Notes: generated by a model from the sequence alone, not told the origin. 64,000 bases of DNA from Eledone cirrhosa (GCA_964016885.1 OZ024747.1:68324001-68388000), one strand, 5' to 3'. Positions 1-46,400 are shown, numbered from the stretch's first letter. Translations and numbers: made by a program.

Positions 1-289
1 CTTGAGAGTGAGGGGGGAGGGGACATACATATGTGTGTGTGCGTGTGCGTGTGCGTGTGCGCGTGTGTGTGTGTGTCATTTTTGATGATTTAGTGTTAAA
101 GAATAATAACTAATAATAAAATAATTTAACGAGACCTCGCAGGGTCTGTTGTTATAAGCTATATCTTATAAGTCCAGTGCTGTTTGATCTTGATCAGGTT
201 TTGAATCTCAACTAAAGCCATTTAAATTATATATACTAGCAGAAAAACTGCCCTTTCGGGCATAGAGATATATGTAAATGACAATATCT

Positions 290-658
290 TCTTCTTCGCC
301 CACTTATTTGGGAGAGGGTAGGGGCAGAGTCCTTCTCAAACACTCCTTCTGCGAGTCTGTCAGAAGCAAACATCGCTAAGTGATCCAGCTGGATCCCAAA
401 GCGTGATCAGCCAAGCTCGTGGATGTTATCCAACCATCTTTCTCAGGGTCTACTTCTGGGTCTCTTGCTGGTTGGTTTTGCCTCTAAAATCTGTCCAGTG
501 ATTCTTTCCTGAGACTTTCTAACCACATACCCATAGTATCGGAGTTGTGATCTCTCAATTCGGAGAAGTAGCAGCACCACCAGGAGTAACTCTCTGGTCT
601 CTGAACTATGCACTTTATCGAGTAACGTTACTCCAAAGACCCTTCGGAGGAACCCCAT
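290..658 (-). mobile_element. RTE-clade LINE 3' fragment (degenerate)
   Basis: ORF 443-658 reads FLRRVFGVTLLDK...IERSQLRYYGYVVR...KRPRSRP, typical of the RTE ORF C-terminus (LRW.GHV.R ... RPRGRP). Related fragments occur at 51675-51925 and 54265-54495. Confidence 0.75.
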
Positions 659-759
659 TTCTGCTGCTTATATTTATAGAGGGGTATTGGAAGAGAATTC
701 CGTGTAGCAGATATAGAGAGGGGGAGAGTTTAGTGTTCATGTTCATTGATATAAATGGG

Positions 760-1050
760 CCCCAAATAAAAAAAAACAGACCCCTTGCTGCGCCCCAAAT
801 AAAAAAAAAACGTACATCCTGCTGCACCCAAAATAAAAAAAAAAACCCGGACCACTTGCTGCGCACAAAATAAAAAAACCAACACCCCGCTGTGCCCAAA
901 ATAAGAACAGACACCCCTCGCCACTGGACCCAAAATAAAAAAAAAACGAACTCCGCTGCACCTAAAATAAAAATGGGACCCCTGCTGCGCCCAAAATAGA
1001 AAATGGACTCCTCTTCAATAAATAAAGCCCCCCTCCCCTTCTCCACAAAT
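760..1050. repeat. Degenerate ~40-bp minisatellite (CCCCT(T)GCTGCGCCCCAAATAAAAAAAAA...)
   Basis: About 7 imperfect tandem copies of GCTGC(G/A)C(C/A)CAAAATAAAAA are visible directly. Confidence 0.8.
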
Positions 1051-1359
1051 AAAAAATATGCCTATACACGTCAAAATGTAATGTAAAATATAATAGAAAA
1101 GGAGGGGGCATCTTCTGCGAAGCGGCGTCCAAACGGCTGGCAAATAAGGTAGATTGTTATTAATAAAAATATATATATCACCATGAAAAAGCCATTAAAA
1201 AATCTCAGAAGATATTTACGATTCCGCGAATATGCGGTGGTTTCCATGAACAATTATTAGTTAGGTCCTAAGTACAATTCTGCGAATAACCGGGAGCGGA
1301 AGTCGAGACCACGAATTCCGGGGGTACACTCATTTTAGTTCGCTTAAGAAATAATAATT

Positions 1360-1535
1360 ATTTCTACTTTTGGCACAAGGCCAACAATTACCCTAGTGCA
1401 TTACTGGTACTTTATTTTATCGACCCCGTAAGGATGAAAGGCAAAGTTAACCTCAGGGGATTTGAACTCAGAACATAAAGGGCCATAACTCTATGCTGCA
1501 AAGCATGGTGTCTGACACTCTACTGATACTGCCAA
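1360..1535 (-). mobile_element. tRNA-derived SINE (family A)
   Basis: Reverse complement of the ~190-bp element GGCGGTGGATTGGCAGTATCGGTAGAG...GAGTTCAAATCCC...GTAGAAACAATTA that recurs throughout the window. Confidence 0.8.
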
Positions 1536-1830
1536 TCCATAAAATAATAATTGTTTCTACTTTTGGCACAAGGCCAGCAATTAATCAGTGTATTACTGGT
1601 ACTAACAAGACGCAAGTTTTTTTTTCAAAAAGTGTCATAAAATCAAGGCACTTCCTGGAATGTGGCCACAGTGGCAACAGAATTGCCATTCTCAGATTAG
1701 GTGATATCGGTTTCACATGTATTGCGCCTTCCACCTGAATTGTTCTAAGGGATCAAGATGAAAATGATTGCTTGTATACAACTTAATTTGCTGATCAGGT
1801 TGTCATGTTTAGTAGAGCAGTAGTTACAAA

Positions 1831-33505
<31,675 letters not shown>

Positions 33506-34759
33506 GGTTGTATTTACACAGAATATCGTCAACAGTTACACTTGGATTCATACCCAACTAATGGAAAACATTTGTATTTGTATTATTTTTCCTTCCCGCC
33601 ACCAACCTTAACCATAATAATATGCATTCTCTCTCTATTTATATATTTTATATCTGTAATCTTTTATTAAAATGGTATAGGAAAATTGTTAATAGAGCAC
33701 ATCTAGCTCAACGGAACTTAAATGTATCTATGCTATGATTTTGATAAATATCCTAATAAAATAGATCTCTTTGAATCTTTAAAAATAAATTTGGTAGTGA
33801 TAGAATAATTTCGTATTAAAAACATATTCTGTAGAATATCAACCATAATAATATAAAACTTACGAATCTTGTTTAATACTAGATAAGCCAATTAAATGAA
33901 CTGGTTAAATAACTTAGAAGTATTTCATTCATATGTCATCAAAAGTAAATACCGTAGACTGTTTTCCCCTATTCTGTGGTATAAGTCATGCGTATGAATT
34001 AATGTGTAAGTGAGACGGCGTTAAGTTTGACACTGCTGGCTCACTAGTATTTTAATAAAACTGAAATTAAAAAAAAAATCGCCCTACAAATAATTCTGAT
34101 TAATTCATGCCTCAAGAGTTTGTCAAGTTTCCTCCCCACTCTTTCATTATTAGAACGTAAGCGACCATACTTTGGCGACACCTCATGTTGGAACAGAATT
34201 TAGCTTCTTAAACCGGAGACCAGTAGCTCTTAGGGAAACAATTTCAAATCCTCGGTGGAGTAGCTGATGTAGGAATTGGGGAGAAATTTTAGTCACGGGA
34301 GGAATCTAAACTGGGGAAAAATAGTATACATTGTATCTGTATATGCATGTGTGTGTGTGTGTGTAAGGGTGATCACGAATTAACAGTTCATGAAAATAAA
34401 ATAAATTGGTGCTTCAGACTTAATCCCGTTTTGGACTATACAATTACTGTAGCCTGAAAAGCTGGTTCACGTTAATATGGTGTTCAGGTGAAATATTACT
34501 AGATGACAATACAAAATGAGAAGGAATTGGGGAAATCTCGGATCACAAGGTTGGGAATGTGATTTGGGTCTCTGAGAACCACAGTTCTAGACAGAATAAG
34601 AGGTGCTGGTCCGAAGATCAATGACGATAGTTGTTAATGTCTTAGAATCTTGTACTCTTTCGTTGAGGTTTGTCATCTTAAGTTTCAAGGAAAGCAAGGT
34701 AAAAATTAGTGGTGGTGATATCTGCAAAGAAAAAAAAGAAAAGGCGACATTATAATTTG

Positions 34760-35170
34760 AAAGAACTGATTATGTTTTCATATATACATACAATATGACT
34801 GGGATCTGAAATAACTGCTGCACCGCTGAAACGTGAATGTGATATATCTCGACCTAGCAAAGGCCTTCGATAAGGTTAATTGTGGAATTACGTAGTTGTG
34901 GCATAGCTGGAAAACTAGGGGAGTGGCTACATTACTTCTTAAAAAAACAGAAACCAGGCTGCCACAGTTAATGGAGCCCACTCAGTGAAAACAAGTGGAA
35001 TCTCCCAGGACACTGTCGTGAAGTCACTGTTGCTTGTGTGGGGATTCTTTCAGACACGTCTTCGGTAATCCGGAACAATTGCCCCCCAATTAATTCAGCC
35101 CTAATTACAGGTAGCTACTTTAACTAGTTATACTGACGACATGAAAGTAGCAGAGGTGATCAAAACTGAT
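34760..35170 (+). pseudogene. Decayed CR1-type reverse transcriptase fragment
   Basis: VIYLDLAKAFDKVN, SGISQDTVV and SYTDDMK can be read in broken frames. Confidence 0.75.
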
Positions 35171-35271
35171 TGATTTAATGTGTTTATATTTCTACAAAAA
35201 CGTTCATAATTTTATATAAGAACCTTCTTTCAGTTATGTTTCAAGCGAAAGTTATATTATTAAATCCCTCC

Positions 35272-35462
35272 AGGGCGGTGGATTGGCAGTATCGGTAGAG
35301 GGTCGGACAACACTCTTTGCGGCGTAGAGTTACGGCTCTTTACGTTCTGAGTTCAAATCCTGCCTAGGGTAGCTTTGCCTTTCCTCCTTACTGGGTTCGA
35401 TTTAATCGACTTTTCCTTCCCCCTCAAAAAAAGTTCTGGCCTTGTGCCTAAGTCAGAAACCA
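35272..35462 (+). mobile_element. SINE family A with TSD ATTATTAAATCCC
   Basis: Head GGGCGGTGGATTGGCAG, B-box, and duplicated flank. Confidence 0.85.
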
Positions 35463-36127
35463 TTATTAAATCCCCCCCAAATACTTGATTATTCTGAAAA
35501 TCATAGAAAGTATATTTCATTAGAAAAATATAGTAACGAGAGGGTTAATACAAAATGTACGATTACTTTATAACTGCTTTCTCGGGAGATTTTTGTGTGT
35601 TTCATTGAGAAATCAGACTAATAGAAATACACCCAGTGCCGGCGTGGCCTTCCACTACATAAAGCCTCAAGGCGCCATGTTTAAAAACATTATACAAAAG
35701 GAGTCACAAAAATTGAAAACATATGTAGTTATGATTGTTTGGGAAAATCCAGTACAATGCAATATAGAAATACAAAAGTGTAAACTAGAGTAAAATGATT
35801 GTAAGGCCCTAAGCTGTAGCTTCTTTAGCTTTTATTTAACACCCTTAACAATCAATTCGTTTAACAACCATTTCGTTGAATGGTCGTCTCATTTAACGTT
35901 ATCGTACGTTTGCCAATATTATGCCTTGATAATACTTTCATATATCCTCCTTATCCTGATGACTTGAGCTATGATGCCAATGTAAATACATTTGTCAAAA
36001 ACGTGACACAGTTTTCCTGCAGCATAGGGACCAGGAAGCTATATCTGAACCCCAATATCTATTACTGAAGAACAACCTTTGCCAAATGAGGAGTGGCTGT
36101 ATTATTAGTATGTCAAATTGTAAAACA

Positions 36128-36370
36128 TTTTACAAATTAAATTGTGCTTGAATGAGCAAGAAGCAATAACTGGCGAGAATCAAACAAACTTCGGTTGCTA
36201 CATTTATGCGATGTTTGCTTGTTAAACGTTTTGGAATTATACGATGGTAGTTTTAAAACCATTTAACAAACAAGCATCACATAAAATATATCAACCAAAC
36301 TTTGTTTGATTTTTTATTTCCGGCAGTTATTGCCTCTCTTGTTCAGTCAAGTAAGATTTCATTTGTAAAA
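36128..36370. mobile_element. Old fold-back (MITE-like) element
   Basis: Imperfect palindrome: TTTTACAAAT...GCAATAACTG...AATCAAACAAA / TTTGTTTGATT...CAGTTATTGC...ATTTGTAAAA. Confidence 0.55.
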
Positions 36371-37435
36371 CAGAAAAAAAAGACCTCTCTCCACCCAAAA
36401 ATACATTTTACCATTTGGCATACGATTTCTTTTAATGTATTTCAGTCATACTGGGGCTACTAGTTTGCCAATGTTGGTTATGTTGTTCTACGTAGATGTT
36501 AAGTCATACAAACTGTATACATGACTGAGGGGGAAAAGTACCACAAAGGCAGTTGTTTGGTATATTAAATACACACGCAGTAAGGTCTTCTATGTGTAAT
36601 ATAGTGAGAGTTAGATGCTACTAGGTCTGCACAGAGCCTGGTCAGATGTAAAATGTAAAGTGAACAAAATCAGGCCACATACGATAACATGTAAACTCTC
36701 ATAGCTGGTAATAGGTCCCTACCAGCTGGTATAAGGCTCACGCTAGATGTAAAATAAGGACGCCATAACCAGATGGGAAATGTCGGTCCCATTTCAAACT
36801 GTTCGTTAGGTATTTTAGTAATCAATTATTAGGTCGTCAAGTATGAAATTTGTAGAAATTTGTTTTTTTTCTACAAATTTCATACTTGACGACCCAATAT
36901 TTATTCGTATATACACGTACGTATAGTGTACGTAATATAACAGAATAAACCAAAAGAACTAGAAGTTGCGACAAGCAGACTCCCTCAAAACCGTGGGCCA
37001 ATACTAACTGGCCTACATAGGCCCACCTCTTATCTGGTCTGGAAACTGCACTAAAAGGTTTAATAGTGAAACGAAATGCCCCAAACATCGTCCTACACAA
37101 ACATAAATACACTTGACCTAGAAATATAAAATAAAATGTATGTTATGTATATTGAAAAATATAAATAAAAATAGATATGAAAATGTTTTTTGTAATATGT
37201 ATGTGGGTGTAATTGTGTTGGTATGTGTGCACCTAGGTGTGTCAGTGTTTGTGTCAGTGTGTGTGTGTGTGTGTAAAGGTATATATTTATATAAATATAT
37301 AAAAACAACAATACAATAGAATTGTTGTTGGTACAGTAGAACTCTGCAATGCCACAATGCCATTGTGAGCATCAGCACACATACACATGCATATATATGT
37401 GCATATGCACATATACGCCGACTCACGTACACAAG

Positions 37436-38427
<992 letters not shown>

Positions 38428-38669
38428 TTGTCTCTACGTTAGGCACAAGGCCAGCAATTACCCAGTGCATTACTGGTACTTTATTTTATCGACCCCGTAA
38501 GGATGAAAGGCAAAGTTAACCTCGGCGGGATGATGAGAGAGAGTGTGTGTGGTCTAATCATTTAATATTTTGACATTTCAAGAATGAATTCTGGCCACAC
38601 CTGGTTCAACCGTCAAGTCAATCATACTGTCTGTCTGTTTGTGTGTATGGGTGTATGGGTGTATGGGTG

Positions 38670-38740
<71 letters not shown>

Positions 38741-39200
38741 CGCTGATAGACAGCAAAGTCAATATTTTCGAAGTACAAGGCCAACAATTTTGGGAGAGGG
38801 AAAAGTCGATTAAATCGACCCCAGTACATTACTGGTACTTTATTTTATCGATCCAGCAAGGATGAAAGGCAAAGCTAACCTCGGCGGGATTTGATCTCAG
38901 AACGTAAAGGGCTATAACTCTATGCTGCAAAGCATGGTGTCCGACCCTCTACCGATACTGCCAATCCAACGCCCTTGTATAAAGGTTTCTGACTTAGGCA
39001 AAAGGCCAGCAATTTTGTGGGGAGAGGAAAGTCGATTAAATTGGCCCCAGTATGTTACTGGTACTTTATTTTATCGACCCCGTAAGGATGAACGGTAAAG
39101 TTAACCTCGGCGGGATTTGAACTCAGAACGTAAAGGGCCGTAACTCTATATCGCAAAGCATGTTGTCGGACGTTCTACCGATACTGCTAATCCACCGCAT
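38428..39200 (-). mobile_element. Cluster of three SINE family A copies (38428-38530, ~38765-38975, ~38985-39200) around a (GT)n tract
   Basis: Reverse complement of the SINE A consensus. Confidence 0.8.
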
Positions 39201-39233
39201 CTTTCTAAGCAGTAATAATTGTTTCTGCTTTTG

Positions 39234-39296
<63 letters not shown>

Positions 39297-39491
39297 CAAA
39301 CACACACATTAAAAGACTATTTAGTTTTGAAATATTTTTTAGATTTTGTTAAAGTTTTATAAATGATTATATTTCGTAAAACAACGTTTAGCGAGACGTT
39401 ATATATTTTTCAAAATATGGCTTCATTGGATATCAAATTATTTCAATGTAGATTTTCAGCATAAATATGTTCACCACTCTAGCTTTGTATC

Positions 39492-39686
39492 GCAGGTTGC
39501 CAACCTCTAAAATCTCAAACGGGGAGTACCACGAAAAAAAGTTCCCCCATCCGGGGAGAAATGGGGTAAAATGGGGAGATTTTACATAATGAAGGCCATA
39601 CTCATTTTCACAAGAGAAGATATCACTCACCCACCCCAAAGTGGGTGGGAGATCTCCTCGTCAGACGGGGAGAGTTGGCAGGCCTG
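39492..39686. mobile_element. Short hAT-like MITE
   Basis: Ends CAGGTTGCCAAC ... GTTGGCAGGCCTG form imperfect TIRs. Confidence 0.45.
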
Positions 39687-40849
39687 ATATTGACGTGATG
39701 GGGCTGTAAGGCGGTAGAGTAGATATTTATAAATTGTTGTACATATATCTTAATAACTGTGGTAGTATCTGTTAGCAGGTCTAGAGCCTCGGTATTTACC
39801 CCCCCCCCTCCCTTGGCTAGTCATTCAAATTGCTACAGTATGGTAACCTAACAAATGTAGCTTTTGACACTTCTTGCTCTGGTCACACTAGGAAAATTTA
39901 CTAAGCCTGCATTTTCTACTACACAGTCCACACTCATTCACGCCATATCATGCTGCAGATTATAATACCATACACCACTCCCTATCTTTTTGGTGGTAAA
40001 TATGTTCAGTGTTTTATTGACTAATTGCAAGAAATTGTATATATTTAAATTGATTATACAAATGTGTAATGCACCTCTCATAAATCATTGTCATAAGAAG
40101 CTATATGGTTGGCTTAATGGTAGCGCCGGTCCTGTGTGTGAGTTCCTTATTGCTATTCAACACATTATACAATCAAGTATACAATCATATACACCCACTC
40201 GTGTATTGTATGCAACACTGTAATTGCTCGATTATTAATTTGAACAATAATAGGGCGTGGTTATTAATGTTTCAATAGCCTTTGATAATGTATTTAAGTG
40301 TTGTATCTTGGAAGAGTCGTTAGGACGTCTGATTAAATACCTTGGTATTTGTTCCGACTCTCTGTCCTCCGAGTTCAAATCCCATCAACTTGCATCTTTT
40401 CGGGGTCGATAAATAAAGTACCTCTTCAGCAGGGTGGAACAGTGAAAAGAGTCAAACGGGTTGCTTTGTGGTTTCTTTTCGGGCTCTCTGTATCCTGAGT
40501 TGAAACCAAGCTTCCTGCACTGGATTCCTGTCCTGGGTTGAAACCAAGCTTCCTGTCACTGGAGAAGCTTGGACACGATAAGAAGAAGAAGAACTGGAGA
40601 AGCGGTGACGCATTTGCCAGGAGTTGCAACCAATAGATAGTATGAGCAATGGGAAGAGAAATGTCTTCCTTGATCGAGTCTGACGATCGTGTGGGCTCCT
40701 TTCCCTTTATCGTGTATTATGTGACTCAGAGACCGAGGAGTTGGCAATTAACAGGAGAAGGCCAGACCACAAAATATTTCAAAGTTAGTTACTTCTTCCG
40801 CGGTGGTTACGTGTGACGTTCTTACACAGAAAGAAATGCCGAATTCCAT

Positions 40850-41400
40850 ACAGACCAAAAACCAACAGATCGAAGCACCTACTCATCTACAAAACGTCTT
40901 TAAATCTATTAATTTGAATTATTAATGCTCTGGGCAAAGATCTATTGAGCTTTTCTCCTGAGAAACATAACCATCATACATATTATATATGTTATGATTA
41001 CCTTAAAGGAGCTACCTATTATCAAGCCACATCCACGCAAACACTAAACGACATACATTTTATACGAACATTCTAGAACATCACCCCATAGACATCGTTA
41101 GAATTCGAAGCAATCATATTCAGAGTGTCGTTGGCCATTGTCCGCGGGAATGCTTTTGCGGTCTTGTCCACGGGGCGCAGCCCCATTACCACCGCACCCT
41201 AGGCCCAGACCCAATCACCCTCTCCCCATTCTTCTGTGACACTAGAGTCCTTGCCATTCCCACTATTTTCCGTTGTTTTTCTTTATATTTTCTTATTTTA
41301 CATTTCATTCTTTCTTCTCAATCTAAATTTTCTTTTTTTTTTTCTTTTTCTATTAAACTCTATTTACATGATATATTCCATAAATTCCATTAATAAATAA
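40850..41400 (+). mobile_element. Decayed 3' end of a non-LTR retrotransposon, CRE-like C-terminus
   Basis: About 41113-41202 translates IIFRVSLAIVRGNAFAVLSTGRSPITTAP*, followed by a T-rich UTR and AATAAA. Confidence 0.4.
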
Positions 41401-41870
41401 TTCCTTATTTATTGAAATGATAAATGTTTACAATGTAAATGATTTTCCCCCGCTTTTTTTTTCTACACCAACAAATACAAACACATCGATAGAATCTCGT
41501 AATTCCGTGTAAACTGATAAAAATGATAAATACCTTTAACTGGTTTTCAAACATAAGTAGAATTTCAACAGATGGTATATATATATATATATATATATAT
41601 ATCATTTAAACAAGCACAAGACAATATGTAATCGAAGGGTTTATATACCCTATCACTTATAGTAGTATCCAGAAATGGATGTACTAATTTGCATATTATT
41701 AGCGTTCATGTTGTCAGTTGGATTAAGATATTTAATATCAATTTGTGCGCTAAGCCACTGAAGTATATGAGAAAGTTATATCTGTATATATACAGAATAG
41801 GAATAACCGCGTTTGTGTAAATGTATATTTAAATTAATAGTACGTATTGCCCTGTAAATTGAAAAAAAGG

Positions 41871-41912
<42 letters not shown>

Positions 41913-42243
41913 CATTATTTTGTAACCTAACTTTCGATGCATACTATGTTGGTATATATATTTTTTCTTTGACCTCGCGTCGGTTTGTGTGAGTGTGTGT
42001 GTACTTACTCACACTAATTGTGACCGACCGAAATCCTACAGATTTGATGTTGAGATTAGACCTGTCCAGCGTCTTTTACAGCTATTGAGAGATAGAGACT
42101 TGATAGATTTATGACCCTAACTGAAGACGATAGCAGTTGGCGTGTTTTGGCTGCTGAATCTTCATATGGGGAACAGAACCCTAGTGAGTAAACATCGTTA
42201 GTTTTTCCTCCCTCATATCAAAGATTTGAAGACAATTCATTAT

Positions 42244-42316
42244 TCACCTGATGAGTCAGTGATAGTCGATCATGACGACACGATCGATCTATCTCTTATT
42301 GAAACATGTGTCGTGA
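42244..42316 (+). ncRNA. Penelope-type hammerhead-like motif with insertion
   Basis: TCAC-CTGATGA-GTCA...TGAC-[24 nt]-GAAA-CATGTG-TC-GTGA. Helix I is TCAC/GTGA, and ACATGT is palindromic. Confidence 0.5.
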
Positions 42317-42528
42317 TTAAAATGATTGGAAATTTATACCATGCCTTCGGATCTTTATCTTGATACAAATACTCCGTTTTACATCATCTAGCTGTTCCCA
42401 TAAATGGAATTGGAGATATACAAAAGTGTGAAGAACTTAATATTGCTAACAAAAGTTTATTGGACCGTATGACACAACCAATAATACACCTTACTATACA
42501 ACAATATAAGGTATATATATAAATATAA

Positions 42529-42580
<52 letters not shown>

Positions 42581-42584
<4 letters not shown>

Positions 42585-42743
42585 TTTAGAAACAAAAACC
42601 TAGACATAGGCAGTTCCCCTCATCAGTTGTCTGGTGTGGGTCGCATTATGCGCCGAAACATCTGAGACCTAACCTACAGCAGACAACTGATGAGGGGAAC
42701 TGTCTATGTCTATGTCTATGTTTCTTTTACATTTCTAAACACT
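42581..42743. repeat. Fold-back repeat next to (TA)n
   Basis: AGTGTTTAGAAA...TAGACATAGGCAGTTCCCCTCATCAGTTGTCTG / CAGACAACTGATGAGGGGAACTGTCTATGTCTA...TTTCTAAACACT. Confidence 0.8.
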
Positions 42744-42917
42744 CGTTATTAGTAACCACACAGCACCTTTTCCTTTCAATTCATATATATATATGTAAGA
42801 GAGAGATTAATGAACCAAGCGTCTGTTGAGCTATTGATTCCAGAGTCGGGTCCTTTTTTTTAAATTATATTTTACGTTATATTTTGACGTTTATAGACAT
42901 TTTTATGGACCATGTCC

Positions 42918-42985
42918 AATATTCGCGGTTTTTCACTCTTCACAGGTGCTCTAGGAATGTAAGCCCCGCGAATACCGAGGGACAA

Positions 42986-42990
<5 letters not shown>
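42918..42990 (-). mobile_element. Tc1/mariner (Tigger/pogo-like) terminal fragment
   Basis: The minus strand reads TA-CAGTTGTCCCTCGGTATTCGCGGG, a typical Tigger-like TIR at a TA site. Confidence 0.5.
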
Positions 42991-43054
<64 letters not shown>

Positions 43055-43287
43055 CGTGTGTATATATGTATGTATATATGTGGGTATTTAAACACACATT
43101 CAAGAAAATGTGAAAGTAGGTATTGTTTGTACATACAGGTGTGGCTAAATTGTGTGTGTGTGTGTGTGTGTGCGTGTGTGCGTGTCTATACTTATGTGTC
43201 ATAGTGTGTATGTATGTTGTGTTGCACAATATCTAACATTCTTAACAGAAACAATACTTCTGGTATGTGGAATGTTCTGTGTCAACC

Positions 43288-43316
43288 TACTACTACTACT
43301 ACTACTACTACTACAA

Positions 43317-43349
<33 letters not shown>

Positions 43350-44330
43350 GCTACTGCTACTACTACTACTGCTACTGCTACCACTACTACTACTGCTAAC
43401 ACTACTACTACTACAACCACCACTACTACTACTGCCACTACCACCACCACCACCACCACTACCAACAACAACAACAACTACTACTACTCTACCAACACTA
43501 TTATCACCACCACAAACACCACCACCACCATCACCACCACCACCACCACCACCACCATCACCACCACCACCATCACCACCACCACCACCACCATCACAAA
43601 CACCACCACCACCATCACCACCACCACCACCATCACCACCAGCACCACCACCACCACCACCATCACCACCACCACCACCACCATCACCACCACCACCACC
43701 ACCATCACCACCACCACCACCACCATCACCACCACCACCACCACCATCACCACCACCACCACCACCATCACCACCACCACCACCACCACCACAAACACCA
43801 CCACCACCATCACCACCACCACCACCACCATCACCACCACCACCACCACCACCATCACCACCACCACCACCACCATCACCACCACCACCACCACCATCAC
43901 CACCACCACCACCACCATCACCACCACCACCACCACCATCACCACCACCACCACCACCATCACCACCACCACCACCACCATCACCACCACCACCACCACC
44001 ATCACCACCACCACCACCACCATCACCACCACCACCACCACCATCACCACCACCACCACCACCATCACCACCACCACCACCACCATCACCACCACCACCA
44101 CCACCACCACAAACACCACCACCACCATCACCACCACCACCACCACCATCACCACCACCACCACCACCACCATCACCACCACCACCACCACCATCACCAC
44201 CACCACCACCACCATCACCACCACCACCACCACCATCACCACCACCACCACCACCACCACCACCATCACCACCACCACCACCACCATCACCACCACCACC
44301 ACCACCATCACCACCACCACCACCACCAAC
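43288..44330. repeat. (TAC)n grading into (CAC)n with a 21-bp higher-order period (ATC(ACC)6)
   Basis: Seen directly. Confidence 0.95.
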
Positions 44331-45586
44331 ACAATTGGTGGAATTGTGTAATCGTTCGACAAAATCTTAGCTATATTTAGTTATATTATGTTCCGTTTGA
44401 GGGCAGTAGGTTGGCAGAGTCGTTAGTGTATCGGATAAAATGCTCGGCAGTATTTAGTGACGGACCTTTACGTTCTGAATTGAAACTCCGTCGAGGTCGG
44501 TACAATAAAGTACCAGCAAAGTACTGGAGTCAATTTAATCGACTTTCCCTTCCTCCAATGCAGCGAATTGGCAGAGTGGTTAACAGGTCTGATAGAATGT
44601 TCTATGGTATTCGTTCCGACTCTCTGCTCTCTCAGTTCAAATCCCGTTAAGTCAACTTTACCTTTCATCCTTTCGAGGTCGATAGAAAAAGTACCAGTCT
44701 AGTACTGGGGTCGATTCTTCCTCTATATGTCTTTCTCATTTCCTCTCTCTCACTTTCTATCTTTCTCTGGAAGAAATCTGCTCTACTCAGACCTGGAGAG
44801 GGATGGGCTCTGCCAGGCTTAAAATGCCCAAGAAACGCTGTATGACAATACGGCACCCCTTCGACTCTATCAGGAGTTACAGGACCAAAAGTTACCCCGA
44901 AATTACTGGCTCTGCGCCTAAATTAGAAATTACTTGACTTTGTGTTTGAATTAGAAATCTCTATTATTCTCCGGGTCTTTACGTTGTGAATATCTAGGAA
45001 TGTGTGCCAAACTTATCTGCATCTCACTGACGACAAGATCATTTCTTTCCTTTTAATATATACCCGATGGAGAGTAACAGGAACCATTTCTAAACGTCAG
45101 TTACCGTTTTACGTCCGTTTTTCCATGCTTGTATGGGTTGAATAAAACCGCAAGCTTACCTCAGTTCGGTGGGCGTTAAGAGTCTGAGAGTATAAGAAAG
45201 CATGGTTTAATGGTTAGGGTGTTCGGTTCACGATCGTAAAGTAGGGAGTTCAATTATCGGTGGCCCGTTGTGTCCTTGAACAAAGCACTTTATTTCACAT
45301 TGCTTTAGCCCACTCTACTAGAAACAATGAGATGTGGCCTATTATTAAAAAAGTACTCATTTTCAGCTGAGTGGAGTGGAACAACTTGAAATGAAGTACC
45401 CTGCTCAAGGACACAATGTGTCACTCAATTTGGGAATCGAAAGGCATGACCTAATGTCTTTCTTCTCCCCCTCTAATAACCACCACCACCATATCGTCCT
45501 CTCTCTCTGTATACTAGAACCGACACCACCACTATATCTCCCTCTCACTCTCCCTCTCTTTCTACCACATCCATCACCATATCTCC

Positions 45587-45630
<44 letters not shown>

Positions 45631-45898
45631 CACCACCATCCCCATCACTGCCATATCTCACCTACACCTTCTACTACACCGCCACCATCATCACACTATG
45701 TAAATATATCAGTCTGTTTGTCCATCTTCCCCCTTCCACCTACTCTCTCCTTATCTCTCTTTCTCTCTCAATCACTCTCTCCTCTTTTCTCTTTCCCCTC
45801 TCTTTCTCTCTTCTCTTCTGTTACTAACAATATTAAAACCAGGTCGGTGCCATTAATGTGTGATTATATGGTCATTAGATTATATGTGACATTAGGTC

Positions 45899-46204
45899 AT
45901 GCCTTTCGATTCCCTTTCATCCTTACGGGGTCGATAAAATAAAGTACCAGTAATGCACTGGGTAATTGCTGGCCTTGTGCCTAAAGTAGAAACAATTAAT
46001 GTGTGATTATATGAGTGGGTTGGTGGATTGGCAGTATCGGTAGAGGGTCGGACGCCATGCTTTCCAGCATAGTTACGTCCCTTTACGATCTGAGTTCAAA
46101 TCCCGCCGAGGTTGACTTTGCCTTTCATCCTTACGGGGTCGATAAAATAAAGTACCAGTAATGCACTGGGTAATTGCTGGCCTTGTGCCTAAAGTAGAAA
46201 CAAT
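45899..46204 (+). mobile_element. Two adjacent SINE family A copies (5'-truncated 45899-45996; near full 46020-46204), each with a TSD
   Basis: TSDs ATTAATGTGTGATTATATG and ATTATATGAGTGGGT. Confidence 0.85.
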
Positions 46205-46304
46205 TATATGAGTGGGTATGTTTGTGTGTGTGTGTGTGTGTGTGTCTATATGAGTGGGTATGTTTGTGTGTGTGTGTGTGTGTGTGTGTCTATATGAGTG
46301 GGTA

Positions 46305-46341
<37 letters not shown>

Positions 46342-46400
46342 CTATATGAGTGGGTATGTTTGTGTGTGTGTGTGTGTGTGTGTGTCTATATGAGTGGGTA

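Noticed and set aside
235-270. ACTAGCAG...TGCCC-TTTC-GGGCA as a Helitron/Helentron end
   Set aside because: A single small hairpin with no matching other end that I could support.
43152-44370. Mucin-like poly-Thr and extensin-like SPPPP ORFs (also 2912-3502, 50407-51333)
   Set aside because: (CAC)n tracts are open in several frames and on both strands, with no signal peptide, splice sites or non-repetitive domain.
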